Shown here piece by piece: positions 23,780 to 36,600 of a DNA stretch of 64,000 bases (the stretch's first letter is position 1; every line of letters starts with the position of its first letter). The notes below the pieces were generated by a model. It ran no database searches. It was given only the letters and a program-made list of their open reading frames with translations, and was not told the DNA's origin. This DNA comes from Macrostomum lignano (taxonomy: Eukaryota). Made by a program: the position numbers and the translations under genes. Where the stretch lies: assembly GCA_002269645.1 (NCBI GenBank), contig NIVC01001938.1, positions 1 through 64,000 on the forward strand, in the 5' to 3' direction.

Positions 23780-26700
23780 ATGCGCTTTCTTTCGAGAACG
23801 ACAAGAATATACCGCGAAATCTACATTATTATCGCATTGTTTGACATATGGATTTCGGGTATGAGCTTTTTAACTCTTCTTTTTGCCTTTATGTTATTGT
23901 TATCTACTTAATCGGTCAGCATAATTTTAAGATTCACTTAGCTGAATTTTGCTTTTTTCAGTGTCCTTTTCAGTATTTTTCCTTCAGTAAATAGAAAGCT
24001 AAAATCTGTTTTGTTTAGTAGTTAGTTACCTATAACTAATAACTGCAAGGCATATGACATTTTAGTCAGAACAAACGATTAAGCCCAAAGCAAAGGCCCC
24101 TGCCCTACCACTTGCCTGGTTTTAATTGTCTTGTTTGTGCTTTAGGTTTGTTTTTCATTCAGTGACAAAGCTATAAATTTATTTAAATATGTTGGCAAAT
24201 CCAAAGCTAATATCTATTAAACCTTATTTGCTACATCATGGTGACATAAAATAAAAAATACATAATGCCTTGCCCTTATTGTACATTGATTTACATATTG
24301 TTTTTTAATTTAAAATTCTAATTATTAGTTGAATCATTCCAATACAATTCTATAAATAATGACAATTAGTAAAGCTTAACTTTTCAATATTTGATTGCTA
24401 ATTTAGTTTAGTAGTCTAAAATAAAATTCTATACTAGGCATGCAATTTAGGGCCCAGTAATGTATATTCTTATAAGCAAAATATTTGCTTAAATTATTAT
24501 ACTATTTAATAATTTAGCAATAATATCAATAGTTTGCCTTCTATTTGTTTAGCATATAACATTTAATAGAATTAGTAAAATAGGTTTATATTCTATTAGG
24601 CTTTAACAAGATTTTAAAATTTTTATTAACAGCTTTTTAAGTACAAATTTTTTTTGATATTTTAGTGTCAATTCAGTAGATTCATTTTCAGTTGCTAATT
24701 TCATTGTTTTAACCTTATTTTCTCCTTCAATTTTAGACTCTGTTCTGGCCAGCAGTCAAGCAGAAATTGACAAACACCTGGAGCTGGGCAAGAAGCTTTT
24801 AGCAGCTGGCCAGCTAGCAGACGCCTTGTCTCACTATCATGCCGCCATCGAGCTGGACCCAACTAACTATCAGAGCTATTTCCGCCGAGCCACAGTCTAC
24901 ATGGCTATCGGCAAGTCCAAGCCAGCTCTGCCAGACTTAGACAAAGTCATCGAGCTCAAACCGGACTTTGCCACCGCCTATCTGCAGCGTGGCGGCATTT
25001 ACTTAAAAACTGGCCAACTAAGCGACGCGAAAGCCGATCTAAGGCGCGTGTTAGAATTGGATCCAAGCAATGCGGAGGCTGCCAAACAGATCGAACAGTT
25101 GACCCCGCTAGCTGAGTTCGCTGAGAATGCTCGCAACTTGGCTGAGAATGGTCAATACACCGATGCTATCGATTTCCTGACTAGAGCTTTGGAGATTAGT
25201 CCGATGGATGCCGATCTGAGAGCTCTGCGCGCCGATGCCTACGAAGCTATTGGAGAAGGCTTCAAGGTAAGTGTTGCGGCGTCTTTAAAGTACGGAAGGG
25301 GGTTTCGCCGTCTTTAAAGTACGGAAGAGGGTTGTGGCGTCTTTACAAGTACGGAAGAGGGTTGCAGCGTCTTTAAAGTACGTAAGAGAGTTGCGGCGTC
25401 TTTAAAAGTGCGGAAGAGGGTTGCAGCGTCTTTAAAGTACGTAAGAGAGTTGCGGCGTCTTTAAAAGTACGGAAGAGGGTTGCGGCGTCTTTAAAGTACG
25501 GAATAGGGTTGCAGCGTCTTTAAAGTACGGAAGAGGGTTGTGGCGTCTTTAAAGTACGGAAGGGGGTTGCGGCGTCTTTAAAGTACGGAAGAGGGTTGCG
25601 GCGTCTTTACAAGTACGGAAGAGGGTTGTGGCGTCTTTAAAGTACACAGGAGTTTGCAGCATCTTTAAAGATGGCGCAATATCCTACGTACTTTAAAGTA
25701 CGGAATTGGGTTGCGGATAACAACACTTTTAACAATACATTGATAAATAACAATGACACAGGCGGCCTCAGATCTGCGAGCAATCAACCGCTTAACCACT
25801 GACAACACCGCCGGTCACCTACGGGTCAGCCACCTGTTCTATCGCCTGGGCGATCCCGAACAATCTCTAAACGAAGTTCGCGAATGCCTCAAACTCGACC
25901 CCGATCACAAAGACTGCTTCAAGCACTATAAACAGGTCAAAAAGGTAGCCAAAGCGTTCGATGCCGTAGTGAAATCATCAGAAGAAAAACAATGGGACGT
26001 CTGCCTGCAGTCGTTGGAAAAATTGACAAAAACTATCAAGCAAAAATCGGCAGGCTTAACTCGCCAGATGGACTCCTACCAGTGCATGTGCGGCGCAAAG
26101 AATGGCGACTCGGCAGCTGTGGACGTCTGCTCTCGAGTCCTGGAAGCGGAGCCCGGCAACGCCGATGCTCTGTGCAATCGCGCCGAGGCCTACAAGCATC
26201 AGGACATGTTCAACGAGGCCATTGCCGACTACCAGAAGGTGCTAGAGACTGACAAGAACAATCAGCGCGCCAAGGAGGGCATTGCTGATGCGCAGAAAAA
26301 GTTGAAATCGTCGCGCAGACGAAATTATTATCAGATTCTTGGCGTGCCCAGATCGGCTAGGAAACGAGAGATACTCAAGGCATATCGGAAGCTGGCTGCT
26401 CAGTACCACCCAGATCACTACAAGGGCAACGATAAAGCAAGTGCCCAGAGGAAGTTTATTGACATCTCAGACGCCAAGGAGGTGCTCACCGATGAGGGTG
26501 AGTAGCTTTTGTTATATAAATGTCAGTTTTATCCTATTATTATATGGTTTTGAATTGTGTTCATTGTCGTGATTTTTTGTTAAAATAAAATTGCATGAGT
26601 CATTTGTTAATGTGGCAATGTCAACTAACTCAAGGTGACAGTTTTGTCTAACTCAGAGTGACAATGCTATCTAACTCGGAGTGGACAATGTTGTCTAACT

Positions 26701-28717
26701 CAGAGTGACAATGCTATCTAACTCGGAGTGACAATGTTGTCTAACTCAGAGTGACAATGTTGTCTAACTCAAAGTGACAATGTTGTCTAACTCAAAGTGA
26801 CAATGTTGTCTAACTCATAGTGACAATGTTGTCTAACTCAAAGTGACAATGTTGTCTAACTCAGAGTGACAATGTTGTCTAACTCAAAGTGACAATGTTG
26901 TCTAACTCAAAGTGACAATGCTATCTAACTCAAAGTGACAATGTTGTCTAACTCAAAGTGACAATGCTATCTAACTCAGAGTGACAATGCTATCTAACTC
27001 AAAGTGACAATGTTGTCTAACTCAAAGTGACAATGTTGTCTAACTCAGAGTGACAATGTTGTCTAACTCAAAGTGACAATGTTGTCTAACTCAAAGTGAC
27101 AATGTTGTCTAACTCAGAGTGACAATGTTGTCTAACTCAAAGTGACAATGTTGTCTAACTCAAAGTGACAATGCTATCTAACTCAAAGTGACAATGTTGT
27201 CTAACTCAAAGTGACAATGCTATCTAACTCAGAGTGACAATGCTATCTAACTCAAAGTGACAATGTTGTTTAACTCAAAGTGACAATGTTGTCTAACTCA
27301 AAGTGACAATGCTATCTAACTCAGAGTGACAATGCTATCTAACTCAAAGTGACAATGTTGTCACTTCAGCTCAAGGTTAAAATGTTGTTTAGCTCAAGGT
27401 GACAATGTTTTCAAACTGATATTTACAATGTTATATAACTCGAATTGACAATTTTATCTATACCCAAAGCGAAAATATTGTCTGAATTCAAATTGACAAT
27501 GTTGTCTTATTCAAAGCAATCCGCATTAGCCGTAATTATATATTTATAAAGTTATTGTAAAATCGTAAATCTCGTACTCTTTCAACAATTTTTCAAACTT
27601 TAACTAATTGATGATAAACACAGTACGCACAGAGTGCAGTTAGCTAAGATAAATTCATATATTTCATGAAACTCAACTGAGAAATGCATTCAATACTTTG
27701 TATCTGCTAAGTTTTAGTAGATGATGTTATTAATTGACGTGACTTGCGTTTGCATTTCCCTACTTGCTATACCAATTTTGCTTGCTCAAATTGTAGTGAC
27801 AATGACAACAGAAATTCAATCCAAATATCTTTCAACTTAGAATTTCTTAGTTTTTTCATGTATGCAAGGTTTTGTTGTGCGATCGATCTATAATATTACG
27901 TCGCTATTTTGGTAAAAGGTTTAAAAAAGCATATCGCAGCTGCATATTTAGTTTGTCTATAATAAGAATTGAATTTATTTATTTTTATGTTGTGCTTTTT
28001 TAGTAGTTGCTTGGAATTCTGGATCGCTTCTTCTAGGCATTGAGGTGTTATGTTACGTACATCTAAGCTATCTAATTTGTAGATTTTGTACTTCTTGATC
28101 CCGGCTTGAAATTCGTCTCGTATAATTCTCAGTTTCACTTTTGCATCATCACTGACCATCTGAAATGCGTTAAAAATATAATTAGTGAGTTTACCATATA
28201 TGTTTATAACAATTCAAAATGCTGCTAAATATTCCTTGAACTTCTGAAATAAGTATAGTTTATATAAAGTTGTCTAAATTAAAATTTCTGTAAAATTACT
28301 GACAATGCAAAGATTATATGGAATGTTTACCATCAAATTAAAAAAAATTCTTGGAAACGGTAATATTTACAATTAAACTACTTAGTCAGTAGAGTAATTC
28401 ACAAAAGTTTCACGTGTTAATATTTTCAATCAAATTTTTAGTTAATCTCTAAATTCCTCATAGTTCAGTCAATAGAAGTTGAGCTCTCCTCATTGTCGAA
28501 CTCTCTCTCCGCTCACTGCCTCCCCTACCCAATCATCCACCCGCCATGTTCAGAGAAGCGAGCAAAGTTTGACAACGGCCAAGATCCCTTGGACCCAGAG
28601 CAGCAGCACGAGGGCTTCAATTCGTTTGGCGGCGGCGGCTTCACCTTTCATCATTTCGATCCGTTTGAGCACCACCAGCAGGGCAATGGCGGCCACTTTG
28701 AGTTCTTCTTTGGCTAG
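23780..28717 (+). CDS. DNAJC3: DnaJ homolog subfamily C member 3 (P58IPK); exons 23780-23858, 24737-25266, 25762-26497, last exon A 28554-28717
   Basis: Signal-like first exon; EIDKHLELGKKLLAAGQLADALSHYHAA; TPR repeats; J domain NYYQILGV...YHPDHY...DAKEVLTD; phase-consistent splice sites. Confidence 0.95.
25268..25715 (+). repeat. ~29-bp intronic minisatellite (GCGGCGTCTTTAAAGTACGGAAGAGGGTT)
   Basis: Directly visible in DNAJC3 intron 2. Confidence 0.92.
26625..27410 (+). repeat. ~23-bp intronic minisatellite (GTGACAATGTTGTCTAACTCAAA-like)
   Basis: Directly visible in DNAJC3 intron 3. Confidence 0.93.
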
Positions 28718-30058
28718 AGAGAGAATCTTATTCATATTCATATATAGTGCCGTTATTTTTAACTTAAAAATAATTAAGATTTAGAATTAGTTTATTAAGA
28801 TTTCCAAAGAGCGCTGGAACCGTCCATAAGTTGATTTAATTAGGCTGTAAGGATTATCAATATGAAAACATCAAAGACACGCCGCCACCGCCGCCACTGC
28901 TGCTGCCGCCGCCACCGTCAGCCTTTGTTTGTCTTGCATGTACGAGTCGTATGTGTTCTTCATTCAAATTAATAATAATCACACAGACCCTCTCTGGCTT
29001 CCCTAACCGCATTTTCTAAATTGCTATTTTATATTAATTTTATCTAAAACCGTGTTTTTAACCGCATGATTAATTTAGGAATTGATTGAAGCTTTTTTAC
29101 AGCTTTAGTTATTGGCTAGAAAAATTAGATAAATCAGCTTATCGTTTATTATATTAAAAATCTGAAGGATTTAATAATACGATGCAAGATAATTTACAAG
29201 AAAAAAGTTGCCCGAATCAAAGATTGCAGGAGATTAAAAAAACTGGTTGCTAATTTTCTTATTGTGTCATTATATCTTATGCCTAAACACCTAAAACTAA
29301 AAGTACTAACATTTCATTTGGAAATAATAAGACGCTGCTCAGATGTTTTGCAACTTTGCAAGATTATTAGGAGAATTTGAATTGGCGCCAAATTTCAAAT
29401 TATGTCTTTGAAAGTCTAATTTATTGAAAAAATATTTGGGATAAATGAAAAATGATACGCCAAGTAACTGATTAAGCGGTTTTGTTTACTCTAAATACTT
29501 GTGAAATTTAAAACTACATATTTGTTCGAAAAAAGCACTTTTAGCGCTAATTCAAATTTTACGTTGCTTGCGGGAATTTAAATTAACCTTAGATTAGGTT
29601 TTCAACGTTTGATTTCACATAAGCGTTGATTTAACTTTCCACGCATGTTCTGGATGTCTGTGGATGTTTTGCGTGTTTAACGACATTATCAATACGGATT
29701 TCCATTAATAAAAAGTGGATTACTTTAGTGGTGACCTGAGCGGATTGGCGATCTCATATTTTTTAATGCCGCACGAAGTTGGCGAATATTTCGTGGTATT
29801 TGTTTTCTTCTACCAGGATTTTTTTCTGTGATCGGTTGAAGCTTTTTTATCGGAGGTTTTTACACTAATTCAATTGAAATGTTTTCTGAATTTCTGCTCT
29901 GTGTGCACTTGAAATCGAAATACGATAGCTGTATTCACTAAAATGTGCATAGTGAACCAACATGTCAGATATGATGTCATTTGTGTCAGGTCAGATTCGA
30001 TATCTGATATATGACATGAAATAAATGGCATGCACATCCCGAATCCTTCCACCTGCAG

Positions 30059-30198
30059 AGAAGCGCAAGCAGTACGACTCAGGTCACGATCCCCTGGACC
30101 CGGAGCAACAGCAGGGCGGCGGCGGCGGGCCGGGCTTTCAACATTTTAATCAGTTTTTCCAGGGCAGCGGTTTCCAGTTCCGGTTTCACTTTAATTAG
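30059..30198 (+). CDS. DNAJC3: Alternative duplicated last exon B of DNAJC3
   Basis: CCTGCAG acceptor, same phase as exon A; encodes EKRKQYDSGHDPLDPEQQQGGGGGPGFQHFNQFFQGSGFQFRFHFN*. Confidence 0.85.
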
Positions 30199-31857
30199 TA
30201 ACTCTAAGTGAATTTAATTCTCGTAATCACTTCTTGTCCGGTTTGGTGAGAGGCACCAGATACTAAGTTATAATGACTAGATTGATTGGAACGCTAATTC
30301 CCTTTGCGAGAAAACAACTGTTACTACTCACTATTCAGTAGCAAGTTTTTAATTAGTAAGTATTTTTCTATGATAATTGTTAGATATTTAAAGACGTTAA
30401 ACTCAGGGCAATAGAAATGTACATTTATTTGGCTGGGCAGATAGTCAACCCCAGGACTGTCAAACTGGCGCAATAGAATGGACGGTAGAGAAGGTTAGAG
30501 AAAATATTTAGGTCGATATCAGGCTACCAGGGAAATGTACACTTGTTTATCGAAGGAAATAATGTAAGATATCTACATTCCAGACCTAGTAAAATAAAAT
30601 TAGGTGGGGAGTGGTTTTATCACCCACTCGTCAGTTTGCAATGTACATTGCTTAGCCCCTAGAACTGATAAACTGATAAAAATAGGGGCAGAAAAGAGAT
30701 CAAGATCAAGAGAGTGAGAGATCATGCTACTTATTAGAAAGTAGTACAGTTGAATAATAATCACATATTGCTTGCGATCTGATCTTATCTAGTTGTTAAT
30801 TAGTATCTGTGGTAAGAATTGAGCTCTATGTTGCTATATGTGTACTGTTATAAGTAGAACCCCGCGCAGAGATACATACATGCCTTTTTGATTGCTTATC
30901 AAATTTCTGCTGTTTTCTTAACATGATTTTTGGTTATTTCGGATCGCTCCTATGCTTTGTTCCTACGCTATTCAAGTTGATTTCTCACAATTCTACTTAC
31001 AGTAGGATGCATACGCAAATTCTTGGTAAAACTTGGGTTTCCATTTTTCTTCTAAACTGCTTTTGGCGTTAGTATAAGTCAAAAAAGGTTTTTTCTAAAC
31101 GTTCTACCTGTATGCCTTATTGTTAGTCAGTGGTTCAATTCCTTGTTCATTCACCTGGGTACTTAGGCTGTCATATAATATTAATCTCTTTTGGCCTACA
31201 TTCGCATGGGATTTGCCTAATATAAGTATCTATTATTGTTAGCAATACGAGAAAAAATTCATGCGACTATCCAATCTGCAATATTGTTTAATTAAATTTG
31301 AATCTTCGGCCCAAGGTGTGTATTATCTAACAACTGTGTCTCTGTCTATTCTATTACTTAATATGTTCAACTATACACTGTTGCAACCTACAGCTTGTCA
31401 ACTTATTGCCAAAATCAATTCTGTATAAATATAGCATTACAATTGGATTGGTATTTGAGTACTATTAGTACTACTACATATAAGCGAAATTGAAATCAAA
31501 TAAGCAGGGCCTATTATACTATACATTTAGTTGCCACACGCTTGCTGTCCCAGCTAACCCAGTCAATATTGCTGTCATAACAGAATCACTCGATATGTTG
31601 TGCATTTTCCTCTTTTAGTTGGCCCCATATCGCATGTGTCAAAGCCACTACTATGGACAGCAGCTCGTTATGCCATGGATAGGAAACCAATGATTACACG
31701 CGCAAAAATATAAGTTAACAGGTAGTTGAATCTACCTGCTATAAAAGGACGTCGTATTCATGTACTCATAGCTGAATTTGTTATCATGTGCTCAAATTCT
31801 AACAGAGTCGTTGTTGTTATTGAATTTTATTTTAATTAAATTTTTGAAATCAGTCTT

Positions 31858-32975
31858 TGACACAAATATGCTGTCAATGTTTAACATATTTGCTGTCAAT
31901 GTTTGAAATATTTGCTGTCAATGTTTGACATATTTGCTGTCAATGTTTGACATAAATGCGTTGTCAATGCTTGACACAAATGTGCTGTCAATGTTTGACA
32001 TAAATGCGTTGTCAATGCTTGACACAAATGTGCTGTCAATGTTTGACATAAATGCGTTGTCAATGCTTGACACAAATGTGCTGTCAATGTTTGACATAAA
32101 TGCGTTGTCAATGCTTGACACAAATGTGCTGTCAATGTTTGACATATTTGCTGTCAATGTTTGACATATTTGCTGTCAATGTTTGACATAAATGCGTTGT
32201 CAATGCTTGACACAAATGTGCTGTCAATGTTTGACATAAATGCGTTGTCAATGCTTGACACAAATGTGCTGTCAATGTTTGACATAAATGCGTTGTCAAT
32301 GCTTGACACAAATGTGCTGTCAATGTTTGACATATTTGCTGTCAATGTTTGACATATTTGCTGTCAATGTTTGACATAAATGCGTTGTCAATGCTTGACA
32401 CAAATGTGCTGTCAATGTTTGACATAAATGCGTTGTCAATGTTTGACATAAATGTGCTGTCAATGTTTGACATAAATGTGCTGTCAATGTTTGACACATT
32501 CTTGCAATGTTTGTCACGAATGCGCTGTCAATATTTGACAGAAATACGCTGTCAATATTTGACACAAATGCGCTGTCAATGTTTGACACAAATGCGCTGT
32601 CAATGTTTGACATAAATGCGCTGTCAATGTTTGACACAAATGCGCTGTCAATGTTTGACACAAATGCGCTGTCAATGTTTGACACAAATGCGCTGTCAAT
32701 GTTTGACATAAATGTGCTGTCAATGTTTGACATAAATGTGCTGTCAATGTTTGACATAAATGTGCTGTCAATGTTTGACACATTCTTGCAATGTTTGTCA
32801 CGAATGCGCTGTCAATATTTGACAGAAATACGCTGTCAATATTTGACACAAATGCGCTGTCAATGTTTGACACAAATGCGCTGTCAATATTTGACACAAA
32901 TGCGCTGTCAATGTTTGACAAAAATGCGCTGTCAATGTTTGACACATTCTTGCAATGTTTGACACAAATGCGTTG
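31858..32975 (+). repeat. ~24-bp intergenic minisatellite (TGTCAATGTTTGACACAAATGCGC-like) with higher-order variants
   Basis: Directly visible; explains the many repetitive ORFs at 31896-33021. Confidence 0.95.
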
Positions 32976-33676
32976 TCAAGCTCTACTACATTTATCCTTT
33001 CCTCTTCGGATTAGCTCGTAATTAATCCCCATTCTAAATGATCTACTGTCGCTTATTGTCTAAACCGTGCCTTCTCTCACATTTTTCATTAGTCAGTTTT
33101 GAAGATGGAAGCTATAACGTGGGTAAACGCTAATTCTGACACAGTTTCTCAGTTTATTTCAGACTTGTGCAGCAGGCAGGCAGCCGCATTAGCTGTATAC
33201 AAACCTGTGGCTTAAATTATACCAATGAAAATGCTAGCTTGAACGCTATAGCATGCAGTTGAATTTGCATGTACAGACACGCACATACATGTAGCTTTAA
33301 TGTACTCTGGGATAGGGATGCACAGTGCCGCACGGGGCGCAGAGATACAGTTTTCTAACCTTTGAAATCGAACCATTTCGTATAAGTTTACACGCTCGTA
33401 GTTAGCTATTTAGCAAAATAAACAATCTTCATCAGTTTGATGCCCATAATGCCAACCCTTGCCACTCTGCGTTTTAAACCTGATAGTTAACTTTGATACC
33501 GCGTATATGGCTGCTTAACATGGCTATAACATGTGAACTCTCATTGCTTATAACAGCCGCAGATAGACAGCTTTACATAGCTTAGTCGACCACAATGAAG
33601 TTTGCCATGCAGTTGAAACTTCACTAAGCACCAATAAAGTACTGTTAATAAATACTGCAAAACTGCGCGACAACAC

Positions 33677-36600
33677 ATGATGCAACAGGATGCGGAAGTT
33701 TCCTATCGACGCAGTCAGCTTAACGAAGGGTTCGAGTCCCGACCGATGCAGACCATGCACAGGGATCAGCCGGCGTATTGCGACTTTGAGCAGGGCTCCG
33801 AGCACTCAGATGACGGTGAGTTGTTACAGTATATGTATATGACTTAGGATACACGACTACACGTAAAAACAGGCAATTTGTCTTCAAGTATTAGACTTCC
33901 TAGATTTCTAGCAATCTATACTATTTCCTGAATCAGTGTTAGATAGATTACCAATCCCTTTGTCTATCTATTCAATGTACTTCCTGACTTAAACAAGGAT
34001 AGATAAGCAATCCGTTTCTAAGCTCGTCAGTTAGCGTTTATGGAGATTAACTAACTTTTCACTGTTAATTAAAAACTTCGAACGCCACAATTCGCAGATG
34101 AATTCGACTGCGGCAGCAGCTGCTCGAGCCTTGGCGACAGGCTGCAGCGGATGCGGCCAATCAGCTGCTCGCCCCATCTGCGCCAGTTCGATCGGCACCG
34201 ATTCGAGGCGCACAACTGGCGCCTGCTGACCATGCGGGCGTATCGCCGGCTGCAGAGCACCGCTGACGGTGTGCAGCGCCTGGTGGGCGGTCCGGCCTCC
34301 AGCGGCGGCAGTGGCGGCAGAGATGCCGCTTCGGCGGCGGCGTCCAGCGGGGCGGCGGCGAGCTTCAACGGCTGGATAACGAAACCGGAGAGTGCGGGAA
34401 TCACGGCAAGCTTTGGCTGCCACGCGAAACCGGTGGGTTGGCAGGTTGGCTTTTTTATTTGCTACATTTCGTCAGCACATCAACTAGCCTCTAGCCTGCT
34501 GGCGCTTCTGGTGCTGGTGCCTCTGGTGCTGGCGCCTCTGGTGCTGGCGCCTCTGGTGCTGGCGCCTCTGGTGCTGGCGCCTCTGGTGCTGGCGCCTCTG
34601 GTGCTGGCGCCTCTGGTGCTGGCGCCTCTGGTGCTGGCGCCTCTGGTGCTGGCGCCTCTGGTGCTGGCGCCTCTGGTGCTGGCGCCTCTGGTGCTGGCGC
34701 CTCTGGTGCTGGCGCCTCTGGTGCTGGCGCCTCTGGTGCTGGCGCCTCTGGTGCTGGCGCCTCTGGTGCTGGCGCCTCTGGTGCTGGCGCCTCTGGTGCT
34801 GGCGCCTCTGGTGCTGGCGCCTCTGGTGCTGGCGCCTCTGGTGCTGGCGCCTCTGGTGCTGGCGCCTCTGGTGCTGGCGCCTCTGGTGCTGGCGCCTCTG
34901 GTGCTGGCGCCTCTGGTGCTGGCGCCTCTGGTGCTGGCGCCTCTGGTGCTGGCGCCTCTGGTGCTGGCGCCTCTGGTGCTGGCGCCTGGTACCTCTGGCA
35001 ACTCGCAATCCCCAATCTCGAAATGTTTTAGCTCATCTGACACCCCCACTCCTCAGGTGCTGATGGTCTGCGGCGCTCCAACGAGCGGCAAGTCGACTCT
35101 AATTAACAGCCTAATGGGCCGACGAGTTTTGCCAGTCCGTTTCGGCCAGGAGGACAAGGGCGTCATCAGGATTGTCTACTCTCAGAGGTGAACTATTTTT
35201 CGTTAATAGTACTGTGAAAACTTTGACTGATCTCAAAGACAAATGATTACAAAAGATGATCGCAAAGTAATTAAGCATGTAGAGTTGAGTTCCTAATTAA
35301 TATCAAGAGTCTGCTCTTCTAGTCAGATTCGTAACCACGTGACACTTCACGCAGGTTTTACGTCAGCTACCGGGGACTCAATTTGAACTCGGACTCGAGC
35401 AGCGACAACGGGAGCAGCAACAACGCGAGAGGCTGTCCAGAGCTGGCCAATCTTGTCCGAGGCTTCATACACGACCGCATGAACGAAGAGGAACGACAGG
35501 AATGGTCGTCGCTGAAGGAGAACTGCTGGCTCGAGATCGGCGTTGACTGCCCGCTGTTGCAGAGCGGCTTTTCAATCATGGAGGTGCCGGAATGCCTGCG
35601 AGAAGACTTCCTGCTGTCCATTCTCAATCAGCAGGAGCAATCGCTCTACCAGACTCTGGTGTTCATGCTGGATGGAATGAACGGCATTTCTCAGATGGTA
35701 CGCAAAGTCGGAGTTCGGTGATGGGGGGGAGACCGCACCCTGGATCTCTTGGTCTATCCATGTCAAACACATTACGGTAGCGATCAGTAACACAACCGTG
35801 GCTAAGCAAACTGTGAACAGTAAATAGTCTAGTCACTTTATTCCGTGATTCAGTCTGAATTATTGAATTTGTATGCAAAGCACTGACCTTGTTCGATTTT
35901 TTACTGAAGATGCAATCATCATTGTATTTTGACTGGTGACGCTTTCAAAAAATAACGATCCTTTAAACGATGCTGTATGATATAAACAATAACTAGGATG
36001 TGATATCCTTACAAAATATCCTTACACAGTGTGTAAAACAGACATGACTTTCTAATCGTCTGACATGTACACTCTCTGTGCTGTGGGGTTTGGCCGGTAT
36101 TCTCATACAGTCAAGTGTCAAAAGAATAAGATTCGACTAGAAAAAATTCCAACAGAAATGGGAAAGTCAGACTCTGTGTACACGATATTTATTTCGAAAA
36201 TTGGTTGAAACAGAGTTCGTGTTTTCAAATTTCGAACAGTATGAAATCTATCTTGTTTGCATCAAGAAAGATGGCGCACGGAAATACGTGAAGCTTGCAT
36301 TGTTTGAGCATATTTAACATCCGGCGAAAGCTTACCCATTTCCCCAAATTTTAAATCGTCCTCCAGGTTCGCGAGTTCCTCCTCCGCCTGAAGAATCAGT
36401 GCACCAACCTGAACATCTTGTACGTGATCAACAAGATCGACTTCAATCCGGAGGCGTTGAAACGCGACGAAGCTGAGCCCGGCTCCGACTCCGACGACGA
36501 TGACTCCGACGAGTCCGAGAACTTCTACGAAGACGATGACGACGAGTCTCTGCGTAAAAACTTCTCAAAAGGTCGCTTGCTCGAGGAGAACAATGCCAAA

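Noticed and set aside
25268-27410. CRISPR-like appearance of regularly spaced repeats
   Set aside because: Head-to-tail units with no unique spacers, no cas genes, and a eukaryotic intron context.
31896-33021. Many repetitive ORFs (MSNIDS..., MFDINALS...)
   Set aside because: Translations of a tandem minisatellite.
34151-35191. 346-aa ORF joining LAPLV repeats to a P-loop, and QRRQH / APEAP ORFs
   Set aside because: Good donor at 34433 and acceptor at 35056 remove the repeat in phase; the read-through is an intron artefact.
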